DNA of 38,583 bases from Squatina squatina (Eukaryota). The position numbers were made by a program, and so were the translations under genes. Position 1 is the first letter of the stretch. Every line of letters begins with the position of its first letter. The notes under the pieces were generated by a model. The model did not search any database. It was not told the origin of the DNA and saw nothing but the letters and a program-made list of their open reading frames with translations. Below, one piece after another: positions 25,545 through 37,806 of this stretch. The stretch is taken from assembly GCA_031763465.1 (NCBI GenBank), contig JARFOE010000192.1:9855119-9893701 (forward strand), given 5' to 3'.

Positions 25545-25819
25545 CATGTTTTTGAACAGCTCTGTCAAATCTCTTACCTTCTCTGCTCCAAGGAGAACAG
25601 CCCCAGCTTCTCTAGTCTATCCACATAACTGTATTCCATCATCCCTGGAACCATTCTGGTAAGATTCTTCTGTATCCTCTCCAAAGCCTTCACGTCCTTC
25701 CTAAAATTTGGTGCCCAGAATTGGAAAAAATATTCCAGCTGGGGCAAAACTAGTGTTTTATATAGGTTTAGCATAACCTCCTGGCTTTCACACTCTGATT
25801 ATAAAGCCCAGGATCCCAT

Positions 25820-26554
25820 GGGCTAGAAATTTGGTAGCGCCCCAAATTTTGAAAAGTTGAAAAAGTAGCACCAGGCACTAATCATTCTGTCCTCCACCAA
25901 TATTCAGCTTTAGCGCTCCAAGAGAGAAGTGAAGTGCTAAATCAAGTGCTAACCATTTCTCTTAGGGCGCTAAAGTCCGAGATCGGGGGCAGAGCTCTAA
26001 ACAATTTCGAGCGCATTGGTAACGGCATGAGAGGCTGCTTCCCTCACTTACAGGGAAGGGCCAATGGTGCTGCACAAGCTCGGTGTCAGCAGTTCTGTTT
26101 CGCAAGGTGACCTGCACGACTGTCATTACAGCCCCAAACACTCTCACAGAGTGGAGGGATTGGACACCTTGTACCAGTGAAACATGGACAACTTTGCGCA
26201 GGCACCAGACTGGAGCGAATAATAAAGATTGCACCATTCCCTTTCATTTCCGCTCCCCAAGTGGCAAGCTGAGTTCACAACACCTCCTCTTGCTGGCGTT
26301 ATCAGCATGATGCGATACAGCAGGGGGCAAGCGTCAATTTTATATCTGGGGCGATAGCTGGGCGCTGCACACTTTATGATGTCACAATCTGCGAGGCGCT
26401 AGAGGCCCAGGCTCTACAAGTTAGCACCAGCACTAAACCACACTGAGGTTTGTGGGCATTGCTGCATTCGTCATGCCCAATCGCTAATCGCTTAGTGCCC
26501 TGTTAGCGCCCCCCTGTGCTAACGGGAAATGTTAACCTACAGAATTTCTAGCCC
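25820..26554. mobile_element. Non-autonomous DNA transposon (MITE), PIF/Harbinger-like, with 3-bp TSD
   Basis: TIR GGGCTAGAAATT (25820-25831) and AATTTCTAGCCC (26543-26554), extendable to 18 bp with 2 mismatches. CAT on both sides (25817-25819, 26555-26557). Confidence 0.82.
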
Positions 26555-27369
26555 CATATGTTTTATTAACTGCTTTGTTAACCTGTCCTGCCACCTTGTG
26601 AACAAGCACCCCAAGGTGCCTCTGCTCTTGCACTCCCCCTTAGAATTGCACCATTTTAGTGTTCATGGTCTCTCCTCATTCCTTCTACCAAAATGTATCA
26701 ACTCACACTTCTCTGTGTTGAATTTCATCTGTCACGTGTCCTCTAGTAGAGCGTCTGAGGACCTTGGAGCATGTGCATTCTCCCCTGTTGCACCATTAGT
26801 CAGTGTTCTTACAGGTCAGACTCTCTTCCCCTCCCACTTCCAGCACCTGTTCCAGCCTGAATGCACCTCCCCTTTAAAAGGTGCAGGCTGGCTTTAAGTA
26901 GTGCAGGCTGGATTTAAGTGGTTCTAGCCTCACACAAACTTGGACCACCTTTTGAGGCACTCAGCCACTCAACACCATGTTTAGTGCTTCCTCAATGTTG
27001 CAATCATTTAAATTAGCAGGCAGCACAAAGCATGCATGCTGCCTGCATCAGAAGCAACGAGCGTGGGTTAAGCATGCATCGTGATCCCCACACCCATATT
27101 CGGAGGTTATAGATTTAGCCCATTTGAGCTCCAAATTGGCAGCATTGGCACTAAATCAGCTTTGNNNNNNNNNNNNNNNNNNNNNNNNNNNNNNNNNNNN
27201 NNNNNNNNNNNNNNNNNNNNNNNNNNNNNNNNNNNNNNNNNNNNNNNNNNNNNNNNNNNNNNNNGCTAATCTGCTACCACCAGGTGGTAAACGTAAAATC
27301 TACCCCAATGTAAAAGCTGAATCTATTTGATTAAGAAACAAGAAGGGCACTGTTACTCTTTAGAGAGTA

Positions 27370-27710
27370 CATTGTAAACCACTGAACAAAGGAAAGGAGA
27401 AGGATCAAGAGATACATAAACAAATTAGAGAAACAACAGGGCCATTATAATGGGTGTCTTTAATTATCCAAAGTTAGACTGGGATACAAATAAGTAATGT
27501 GACAAAGAAGGGAGGAGGTCCTACAATGTGTCCAGGACTGCTTTCTAGATCAGTATGTTTTAGTAGAATAAGAAAAAAGGCAATGCTAGATCTAGAGCTG
27601 GGAAATGAAGTGGGGCAAATTGATGATGTAAGGCTAAGGGAATTTCTAAGAATTAGTGGACATAACATAATTAGACTTGATATAAATTTAAAAAGGAGGG
27701 AACAATCAAA
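27370..27710 (+). mobile_element. CR1 LINE APE-endonuclease fragment, degenerate
   Basis: IMGVFNYPKLDWD (GDFN motif decayed) and AMLDLELGNEVGQ...ISGHNIIRL (LD and SDH motifs decayed). Confidence 0.75.
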
Positions 27711-28799
27711 GGATTTGGGAAGGGGTTTGCCTAGAAATTGGTCTGCGACCATTTCTGAGCACATGGGAGGCCCCCATAGTTCCCACCCTCGCACCTGAAT
27801 GTTAAGGCCCGAGATTCTCTAGATATTAAGCCTCAGGCCTCATTTTAATGTTCCCGGCGAAGCATAAAGAACTTGTCAGTGAATAGGAGTCTAAAATTGG
27901 GCCACTGTTAGCATTGCAGCAGCCCTCAGCTAAGTGCTGTCATGGATTGAGGCCTGGGTTGGGGCAGTGTGCTCTCTAAATCGTGACATCAAAGTTATTG
28001 TTAGTTTGCCATATTGAGCCATCTGCTAAATTGGAGTATATTTTCCCATGAACAACCCATTGGTCTGGTTTTGGATGCTTGGATTATCTTTGTTCAAATT
28101 GGTAAAATTCTGATTTCCTCTAACCAAGCCAGTCATATTTAAACCACAGTTGGTGCTCTGTAAAGCATATAGTTGAACACAGCTTGAGGTTGAGGCCTCT
28201 CTCAATATTACAAATGAGTCTGGTATTTCTTTTCACTAATGGAGCCTATAGGATTGATGGATTTGGTGCAGGAGGATCATGATCATGACTCACTTTGCAT
28301 GTAGACAAGATATAAAGTCACACANNNNNNNNNNNNNNNNNNNNNNNNNNNNNNNNNNNNNNNNNNNNNNNNNNNNNNNNNNNNNNNNNNNNNNNNNNNN
28401 NNNNNNNNNNNNNNNNNNNNNNNNAACCCTACGCAAAGCCCAGTGGGCAAAATTCTTCTTTTACTTGCTGGTGTGTCCATGAGCAGAGCTCTGCTCCTGG
28501 CTGGCAAATGATTCACGTTTTGAGCGTGCAAGTGGGATCGTCTGTTTCCGCAAAACATAAAAAAAGATATGCAGCGCCTAAGAGATCCAAAGATCGCCCG
28601 ACATTTTAAATCTGGCTTGATGGTGCCCTGGAGTTATAGGTCATGGGGTGTACAGCCCAAGGGAGTGACACAGTCTCTCAGCAGGGGACCTGCCACACCT
28701 GCCAGCCAGGGTTAGAGGGGACCTGACTCCAGAGTTATGCGGCTCCTTTCAGCTCAATACCCAGCAGAAAGATACCAGTGCAATCATGTCCTAAGCTCG

Positions 28800-28915
28800 A
28801 ATTTACACAGAACTTACAGCACAGAAACAGACCATTCCACCCAACTGGTATGTGTCCATGTTTATGTTCCACATGAGCCTCCTCCCATTCTATTTCATCT
28901 CACCCTATCTGCAGA
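28800..28915 (-). mobile_element. CR1-type 3' end
   Basis: ttacagcacagaaacagaccattccaccc...cctcccattctatttcatctcaccctatc is the approximate reverse complement of 37715-37805. Confidence 0.65.
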
Positions 28916-29069
28916 TCCTTCTAAACACACACTATCCAGAAAAAGCTGTTTCAGAAGACTTTGCCAAACCACACTTCAGTCTCAGCAAGTCACAGAGTGC
29001 TTTAACTCCAAGAGAGTCGTAGGTTACGAATCGTGATCGTATTGGACAATCGTTTCCAGTGGAAATCCA

Positions 29070-29266
29070 CTGCTTATAAACTCATTTGCGGCCTTACCGC
29101 CCAGCAGCTCAGTTCCGTATTTCACAAGTTCTGCGACTGACATCACTTTTGCTCTCACACGCCCCCTCGCTTCCTTAAAACCTAGAGTTTGCTCACCGCC
29201 GCACCAAAGTTTTGCAAGAGTCCGATCGCTGACGGCTTCTCACTCAGCAGAATCGGAGAGCGAAGG
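29070..29266 (+). promoter_or_regulatory. Putative SCIN promoter / 5' UTR
   Basis: TATAAA at 29075-29080, SP/KLF-like cacacgccccc at about 29156-29166, TATA-like cttaaaa at about 29174-29180, and CpG enrichment just before the ATG. Confidence 0.45.
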
Positions 29267-29459
29267 ATGGTGCTGTACCACAAAGAGTTTGCAAATGCTG
29301 GGAAAAAGGCAGGGACCCAGGTCTGGAGAGTGGAACGTTTGGACCTGGTGCCAGTTCCACAAAGTTTACATGGCAATTTCTATGTAGGAGACGCTTACCT
29401 GGTGATGCAAACCGTAGCGAATAAAAATCACTTCTCGTACAATCTACATTTTTGGTTGG
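29267..29459 (+). CDS. SCIN: Scinderin (adseverin) first coding exon, gelsolin repeat 1
   Basis: ATG in aggATGG context. [65 protein letters not shown] ends at donor G|GTaagg. Gelsolin-family motifs plus position between VWDE and ARL4A point to SCIN. Confidence 0.9.
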
Positions 29460-31009
29460 GTAAGGCTGAGTTAAACTCTCGCTCTCTATGTTGATTTTAT
29501 ATTTTGTATTAAGACACNNNNNNNNNNNNNNNNNNNNNNNNNNNNNNNNNNNNNNNNNNNNNNNNNNNNNNNNNNNNNNNNNNNNNNNNNNNNNNNNNNN
29601 NNNNNNNNNNNNNNNNNCCGCCATGTTTCCGCCCAGTAGCGCCAGTAAAAATCTCCCTCTAAATCTTTGGCTGTATGATATCAAGAGGAGGGAAAGAATT
29701 GTTTGCTTATAGATTAGAATAAGATTGTTTGAACTGAATATCGCTGAATGATGGTGCATTTTTTACTGTAAATGAGACGACCTGAAAACCCTAATACAGG
29801 AAAATAAAGTTACTACAAGTCATATTACATCAGCATCAGTAAATTAAAACTGTCAATAAGCTGTCATGTTGAAAGGCATGAAAGCATTGGGCTGTCAGAG
29901 CCTGGTGTTATACAGCTGTGCTATTGATGTTTAATTTAAGTAGGACTCCAGCAACTTTTTCCTTTGAAAATGGAGCACCGTTACTGACTGGAGGCTAGGC
30001 TCCTCTGGGAATATTGTTGACAGGTTCTCACAGCAAAATACAGATTATAGGCACATGATTAACAAAGGCAGAAGATAAGCTCAAGGTATAACACAGCACA
30101 AGAATAACAAGTGCAAATATAAAGAATGTAATTGAGTACCGCCTTGAAGTGGACGAGGAAAGGTGGAATCTGCTTGGNNNNNNNNNNNNNNNNNNNNNNN
30201 NNNNNNNNNNNNNNNNNNNNNNNNNNNNNNNNNNNNNNNNNNNNNNNNNNNNNNNNNNNNNNNNNNNNNNNNNNNNNATTGCACAGACACAGTTTGATCC
30301 CTGCTGACTTAGCTTATTCATCTAGAATACTACAATTGGCATTAGCATCCCCAGGCTGGAGATGGAGAAAAATAAATTAGCCAACTGCCAGAAAGTGCAT
30401 GTAGGTGAGGACAGGATGCCCCACTCATTGTTACAGCTCCTACTTGATGAACGGTCACTTGAGTGAGGTACTGAAGGGCTTCCAGTGGTGCCTGTGGAAC
30501 TGTACTGCAATAAATATTAACACACTTTGGAGAAGGATAAACAGTAAAAACATATGGTGTTTGTGACTTTGTACTTTAATTTAAATTAGAATAATTCCAC
30601 ATGGATATGAATGTTTATGAATCTTCCCAGCTGCACTGAATAATGTACAGCTCTGAAAGTGTGTGTTCTGCTTCTGTTTGATATTTTCTGGGAGGGATCT
30701 GCTTATCACCTGTGCACAAATATTACATCTACCTCAGATGTTGTAACTGTAAACACCAACTTGATGATTATCTATAAGATAAATAGAACTGACTTATCTT
30801 CTGTAACAATTCACGCAAACAACTCCACAATAGGTATCGTGCTTAATACAGAATAAACCCAGCCAGTTATACTACTGTTCTGGCCTTTAGTGCTAGAAGC
30901 ACTGGTCCTTTGCAAAATATATTCATCAGTTTATGTTAGCTCAACCAGAATTAATTTATGCTACTTATCAATAAGCAATGTGATAATGATAATTTATTCT
31001 TCACTTTAG

Positions 31010-31087
31010 ATTGAGGAAGTTCCCGGGGAGTACACACAAGATGATTTAGCTGAAGATGATGTCATGTTATTGGATGTTTGGGATCAG
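31010..31087 (+). CDS. SCIN: Scinderin late exon, gelsolin repeat 6
   Basis: Acceptor ttcttcactttAG, donor GTctgt. 78 nt, phase 0/0. IEEVPGEYTQDDLAEDDVMLLDVWDQ. Confidence 0.9.
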
Positions 31088-31264
31088 GTCTGTTAAGAAA
31101 ATTTTTAAATCCCATGCATATAATTGGCATATGTGATAAATGTGACACTAGTGTGCATAAAATTNNNNNNNNNNNNNNNNNNNNNNNNNNNNNNNNNNNN
31201 NNNNNNNNNNNNNNNNNNNNNNNNNNNNNNNNNNNNNNNNNNNNNNNNNNNNNNNNNNNNNNNN

Positions 31265-31810
31265 GTATTGAGGATTTATCGGGCAGATCGGGGTTGTTGT
31301 AACTTGACAGGTGCATGAAAGTATAGCAACTAAAATAGCGCCGCGTTTTTCATGGGAGCCACGCTTGGAAAATGTCAATGTGAATAGTTTGCGGCAGTTG
31401 GGTTTATTTATATTTCAGCGTTGTTTTGTGTGTTACGTGACTTTAGGCGGTGGGTAAACGCCCTGTGCTAAGTAATCCCGGGCTTTGATTTTCCTGTGGG
31501 CTTGTCTTGTTACGGTGGACATTTGAAGTAACTGTTCGTTAACCCAATCTTTGTTAAATATAGACGATGCATTATCGAAATTGACTTGCTGTTTGTTTAA
31601 AATGGAAATCTGTTTTCGCCCAATATAGTCCGGTCTGGATTCGGTGTGCAATTTTATTCGGGACTTGCATAAAACGCATTACAGTATGTCGACTGTATAC
31701 GAGAGTTCAGTATATTAGACCAACTTGTTTTAGAAAGTTTTCAAAACCCCGAATACATAATTTGACCTGTTTAGAAAAGGGAGTTGGGATCTTTTACTAC
31801 CCGATGTGAC
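31265..31810. promoter_or_regulatory. CpG-enriched region upstream of the ARL4A coding exon (likely 5' intron / CpG-island flank)
   Basis: Visibly more CG dinucleotides (gcgccgcg, ggcgg, cccggg) than the AT-rich flanks, directly 5' of the ARL4A acceptor. Confidence 0.5.
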
Positions 31811-32038
31811 CCAAGTATTGAAAGTTATATACACAACCATTTGTGTTTTTCTTAGTAATGTATTTTCTACATTATGTATCAATATAATACGTGTATTTGT
31901 ATTTTTATTTAGATTTAATTAATATTTAAGCTGCAGTGGATTCTCGTAGTTGCAGACTGGAATGATCAGCAATCTTTGGAAATAACTGAGACAGTCTTTC
32001 AGTGTGGACATCTGTTTCCCTTTTCCCTCCAATCCGAG

Positions 32039-32641
32039 ATGGGTAATGGACTTTCAGATCAAACTCCTATTTTATCAAACTTTCCATCTTTTCAATCTCT
32101 TCACATAGTTATTCTGGGTTTAGATTGTGCTGGCAAAACTACAGTTTTGTACAGATTACAGTTCAATGAATTTGTCAACACTGTTCCAACAAAAGGATTT
32201 AATACTGAAAAAATCAAAGTGACTTTGGGTAACTCAAAAGCAGTGACTTTCCATTTCTGGGACGTAGGTGGTCAAGAGAAACTGAGACCACTCTGGAAAT
32301 CTTATACTCGCTGCACAGATGGCATTATCTTTGTGGTGGACTCAGTAGATGTGGAAAGGATGGAAGAAGCCAAAACTGAATTGCATAAAATAACCAGGAT
32401 CTCTGAGAACCAGGGAGTGCCTGTGCTTTTGATTGCCAACAAACAGGATCTCAGGAACTGCCTCTCACTCTCTGAAGTGGCAAAACTATTAGCGTTGAGT
32501 GAATTAAGTTCCTCCACCCCATGGCACCTTCAACCTACCTGTGCCATAATAGGAGATGGGCTTAGGGAGGGACTGGAAAAACTTTACGAAATGATCATCA
32601 AGAGACGGAAGATGTTGAAACAGCAGAAAAAGAAGAGATGA
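32039..32641 (+). CDS. ARL4A: ADP-ribosylation factor-like GTPase 4A, complete intronless CDS (200 aa)
   Basis: MGNGLSDQT start with Gly2 (myristoylation site), P-loop [18 protein letters not shown] and basic C-terminal [13 protein letters not shown]. Acceptor tatttttatttAG at 31911-31912 opens the coding exon. Confidence 0.97.
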   Translation: MGNGLSDQTPILSNFPSFQSLHIVILGLDCAGKTTVLYRLQFNEFVNTVPTKGFNTEKIKVTLGNSKAVTFHFWDVGGQEKLRPLWKSYTRCTDGIIFVVDSVDVERMEEAKTELHKITRISENQGVPVLLIANKQDLRNCLSLSEVAKLLALSELSSSTPWHLQPTCAIIGDGLREGLEKLYEMIIKRRKMLKQQKKKR

Positions 32642-35350
32642 CTCTATAGCAGATGAAGATGATATGTATTTTTAAAAGCTGAAATATTTCTACACTAGTC
32701 ATTACACCTGTAGCCTACAGACAAAGTTTATGTTGAAAATGCAAGTCTTGTGAGACCTAAAGCAGGCTTTGTTAGTGGGGTCACAGTGGAAAGTGGATAT
32801 GATGAATTAGTATGGAGAGCAGTTATACTGGCATAAAACTTGGCATCCTTTATAATTTGACCAAATTATATTTAAATCTGTAGTATTTTGTTTTATACCA
32901 GTCAACCTTCTTAATGGTCAGTTGTGTTTAAGTGTGTATGTAAGTCATGTGTGCCATTTCTCGGCCTAAAAGACCAGGTACCTGTTACAGCACAATACTA
33001 TAATTTTTAGGCCAATTGGACACTAAAATATTTGCATGTAAACTATTGCAATACAAGGAATATTTACCAAAATTACTTGGAATAACTGGCTGCTACAGAT
33101 TGTAGTTTAAAAAATGTTTAAGTGCTCTTCTGTTTGTGATGGTGTAAGACAGTTTAAGGAAGCAGTTTATTGCTGTTTTTTGTCTTTGGCTAGATAATGG
33201 TCAAAGACTAATTAAAATGAGATGCTACTGGTATTAAAGAAAAGGCAGGCACAAAGTGATCCACCTATGTTATCTGTAGTGTTTAGGGTTGTTGGCAAGC
33301 ATGTATCTCTTAATTCAGTGGAAAATATGCAGTGTCATAACTGGAGTTCTCTGATGGGGAGGGAGGTGGAAAACCTGGAACACTGACCTTGAACCTTGTA
33401 CTGAAGGTTTTATTTTATAGACACAGGAATGTAGCAATCACATGTTAGTCTGTTCTCGTTACTGATATTCACATTAAAGTTGCTGTGAAGGCTTCATTTC
33501 TAAGCAGTGTTACATTGGGGAGGTAGACTTTATACCGTATATAAACTGTGACTTGAGATGTGGTAGAAACTAAAGAACTTTAGGTCTGCATATATTGCCA
33601 ATTGTAAAATGTACATATTAAAGCTATTTCGGGCAGATTTGCCATGAATTGTAGTATTTGGTGCCATGTTTTTGAGTTTCTGTGTGTGGGGGGAACTTGT
33701 TGAGATTTCATTTTCTTTAAATAAAGGTAGAAGATTGCAAAATTCTCAGTGCATATGATTAGTATTAACAAAATAAAAAGTAGCCACACTAGCAGGTAGC
33801 TAGCTTTAGTGAAGAATTAGGGAAAAGTTTGAACATGTAGCTATTCTGGCTGAAAAGAAGGCATTTACATTCTGGCTTCCTAAAGGGATGGTACCATCCT
33901 AATGAAACTACAACTGGCTAGCAACCAAACATAGATTGCATAGTTACAGTAATTTAGATGAGTGTGCACAGATTATACAAATCTATGAAAACCATAAGTG
34001 ATTCCAAATTCACAGGCAGCTTTGCTTTTTTAGCTGAATGTTCTTCTCCGCACAAGATCACAGCAGGTATTTTCTCAACTTGTAATTTATTGAAGAACTT
34101 GTCATTCTGTATGTGAGCCAGCTATAAGATCTACAATAGATTTTTTTTAAAAACTGAGTTAAAGCATCAGTTGAATTTTCTTTATTGTATGACCACATTC
34201 TTCATATTGCACGTATGAAATCAGAAAAGGGGCTTAAAATTTAGTGAACCTTTTCATTATAACAGTTGCTGAAATTTATCAGGGAAAAGATAGTGGCCTA
34301 AATATTATGATTGAAATGCTCACAGTAACCCTTTCACTTAAAATGGATTACTGTCTCTTTTACAATTGAAAATGTAGGCCAGGGTGTCCACAGATTATTC
34401 TGAGCAAATTTCTTCAACGTGTAATTGGAGTTCTCCACTGAAAGTAAACCAACACATTAAGAGTGGGTTACTGTTTAGTGAAGATGTGGAATGGCTCATT
34501 TTTCCTATACCAGCTGGGTTGGAGAATATTACCTGAATACACTTTTCTGTGTTGCTGCATTTAAATTACAACCACAAAAACCTATAAATTCCTAAAATCC
34601 TTGTAAATATGCATTTGTTATTTCCTACTTTTGTTCCCCTCCCTTTTTAGATTTGAAAGGTATGGGGGGAACTTAGGGTCCTGCACTTGCATGTAAACTG
34701 CTGAGGAGAACATTCACTTTTCATGTTTAAAGGTTCTGTGCTTTTATACACATGAATTGAAACCTGGGCGCTCTATTGAATGCAGAGAATATCTCTGGCA
34801 TGAAAAAGGCCATAAATGGCTTGCACAGAACTTTGCAGTATCTTGCAGATTCTGTAGTTTGTTTACTTCCAGTGTTTTCCATAATTCAAAAAGGCAGGTC
34901 AATTCATTATAATTATGTTTATCGTTAGTAAACCTGATCACTTGTAAACAAAATAGAAGAAGCAAACCAATTGATCTTACATTGAAGTCTTAAAGGAAAA
35001 ATGTAATTGATGCTATTACAAGCTGTCTACTTTCTATCTCCAAAGACCTTGCATCGGGACGGTAAAAGCTTTCTTTGATTAAATGAGGCTGTTTGTCAAT
35101 ATTTTACTGTACAGATTTTGACACTGTAAATATCTTCTGTTTGACTTGTACAGTGGCTTCAAGAAATGCACTTTAGTGTTCATTTAAAGATCAACAGCTT
35201 TCTGTACCATCTGTTTTAATATCTTGTTTTAAGAATTGAATGACTTCTAATGGATCGGTTTCTGTTGGTTATGTGTTTACCACCTGCACTAGTGGCATCG
35301 CTGTCGCTGATTGGGAAAAATTCTTTATATTTATATAAATGTTGGACCTT

Positions 35351-35372
35351 AATAAATACAACTCTGAATAAA
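35351..35372 (+). terminator. Candidate ARL4A polyadenylation signals
   Basis: AATAAA at 35351-35356 and 35367-35372, followed by GT/T-rich tcgtgtcgctgtttt, closing about 2.7 kb of repeat-poor sequence after the stop codon. Other AATAAA copies near 33720 and 33772 could be proximal sites. Confidence 0.5.
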
Positions 35373-36748
35373 TCGTGTCGCTGTTTTCCGTTAAAACACT
35401 TTGGCAACAATTACTCAAGTCTGAGTTTTAAAGGTTTTTACAATAGCAGTTTATTTATTTGTAGCTGTTCAGTTAGATGATGACCACTCAAATAGGAATT
35501 GTTTTTTGTTTCAAAATATTAGATTGNNNNNNNNNNNNNNNNNNNNNNNNNNNNNNNNNNNNNNNNNNNNNNNNNNNNNNNNNNNNNNNNNNNNNNNNNN
35601 NNNNNNNNNNNNNNNNNNNNNNNNNNTGCAGATGAAAACAAAATCTAATTGAGATTGTTTGTTGAATTCCACAATTTGGAGTGGCTGCTTATTCATGAGC
35701 TTCTGGTGCTGTCTTCTAGATTATTTACATGCCTAAATAGAGAAGCGACAGGTGATGGATATGAATAATGCCAGAGTCTATGCTGTGTTGTAATTCTCCC
35801 ATTTCTTTTATCGTGAATATGCAGACATGTGGGTCTGTAGTGTCAACAGCCATTTTTGCTCTATAGTTGTTCCAGGGCAGCTATTTGCATGTGAAAACCT
35901 CTAGTCCCTGACGACTGGCAAAGCCTGACCTGTTAAGAAGAGGTCTTCAAGCCCTTCAATCATTTTAGCCAGTATAACAGTTAAATAATTCCTTCCTGTC
36001 AGAACACTAATGATCTGCACTTTGAAACAGAGGCGCAGATGTGGGTATTTTCCAAATCCAGTGTTACTGGCTGCACCAACAGCTGAATATAAAAGGGGCA
36101 TGGCATCCCACATTGAAGTTCATATATCTATTCTGCATCAATCTGATACTCCTTCCAACAGAACAGTCATTTCTAAGCAATTTTTAAGATGCACCCATAG
36201 GCTAAGGCCTGTGGTGAAACAATAGACAGACAGATATAGCAGTTGGTTCCTATTGATGGAGAGAGACAGGGTGGGCCACATCCGTTGAAATTGATTTCTT
36301 CAAAAGCCTTAGAGATGAATAGGGGAAAAGAAGTCCTTTCAAAGTCACATGAAAATCAGGCTAATAATTGACTCCCTCTGTGTCCTCTAATTATAAATAT
36401 AGTCAGTACAGGATGTGAGGCCCTAAACCATCCTGAGAAAATAAGCTCCTTGTGGAATAAGTAATGCTAATTTTATTTTGGCCTATGACTAGTTCAGAAT
36501 TTTAATAACATGGGCTAAGCTGGCAGTTTTTTGAGTCTGTTCAAGAATAAATAGTGTGAAAACTTCAGCTAATTGATAGTCAAGAGTATTTCAAAACTGA
36601 GCATGGGCCGAATGTGCGACTGTACCTTTAGATAATCTACGGTTGTNNNNNNNNNNNNNNNNNNNNNNNNNNNNNNNNNNNNNNNNNNNNNNNNNNNNNN
36701 NNNNNNNNNNNNNNNNNNNNNNNNNNNNNNNNNNNNNNNNNNNNNNGC

Positions 36749-36816
36749 GAGTATAAGCCTAGTCTATCCAGTCTTTCTTCATATGAAAGTCCTGCCATCC
36801 CAGGGATCAATCTGGT
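36749..36816 (-). mobile_element. CR1 ORF2 fragment
   Basis: Reverse strand reads TRLIPGMAGLSYEERLDRLGLYS. Confidence 0.72.
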
Positions 36817-37654
36817 ACAAGCGCAAAAAAGCCGAATTGGGCACCTTCAAAGTTTATGCTTTTCTGAATGGCTCTAATAAGGAGCCTAACCATACTTACT
36901 TGCTGGAATACAGGTCAGAAAAGATCCCAGAGTAAAGTAGCCAAATTCAAACTTTGCAATTCAAACTGATCGCATTGCCCTGATAGATCGACCGGTGTAC
37001 TGGTTAACATGGAATCAAATGCAGCACACACTCACAGGTTTTTTTTTAAATCAAGCACCTTTTATTTGTGAATAGTTTTAGCCTAAAAAAACATTATACA
37101 AATTAAAACTAATGAAGCTATTGCACGCCTATAAAATAACAGCAGCTTCATGTTATAGCTGAGTTACTGCCACATACTTTTGATTTAACTTTCATATTAT
37201 GATTAGTTCAAGGTGAATGATCAAAGTGGGTGTTGTGCCTTTAAACATTGAGTCCTTTGGGTAACTTGATATATTGCAGCACTTCTACTAAGGTTATTTG
37301 GGCAGCTGATGGATTGAATGTGTGAAAAATCTTGTGGAATCCCCAGAGGAAGGATGTTTGCCAACTCAAACTTGTACAAAGTCAACATCGGACGGCTGGG
37401 ACTGAAAAACAGAATTTACAATTCAGCAGTCATTTGACCTTTGACCATTGTTATTGGCCCCTTGGTGTTGTCAGCTGGGCCATGGAGATTTCAAAAGTAC
37501 TACAGCAGCAACCACATTGTTCAAACACTTTGAAGTCAGACATGATTTCTATTTTTATTGATCTACCTGAAGAAAATATATATTACCATAGCAAAATCAG
37601 CAAAGTGACTGCATATAACTGACATTCCTACATCTTAAATCCAGGAAACTAAGT

Positions 37655-37806
37655 TCTGCATTTAAGAGGAAGCTAGATAAGTACATGAGGGAGAAAGGAA
37701 TAGACGGATATATTGATAGAGTGAGATGAAGTAAGGTGGGAGGAGGCCCGTGTGGAACATAATCACCAACATAGGCCTGTTGACTTGCTTCTGTGCTGTA
37801 AATCTT
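37655..37806 (+). mobile_element. CR1-type 3' end
   Basis: Encodes AFKRKLDKYMREKGIDGY (ORF2 end), followed by a 3' UTR ending ttctgtgctgtaa. Confidence 0.72.

Larger units (their letters stand above)
24720..26740 (-). mobile_element. CR1 LINE 3' portion interrupted by nested insertions
   Basis: 3' tail catagaatagtacagcacagaaggcggccatt. ORF 25574-25774 reads LYKTLVLPQLEYFFQFWAPNFRKDVKALERIQ...LEKLGLFSLEQRR, and the element resumes after 26555. A second CR1 3' fragment (TRDHSLKIKGRSFRTEMKRYFFTQRVVNIWN) lies at 25077-25210. Confidence 0.85.

Noticed and set aside
29460-31009. Apparent loss of most SCIN exons
   Set aside because: Two placeholder gaps lie in this interval; incomplete assembly is the simpler explanation.
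31976-32038. 21-aa N-terminal extension of ARL4A in the ORF track
   Set aside because: It starts at TTG. The ATG at 32039 gives the canonical 200-aa protein with Gly2.
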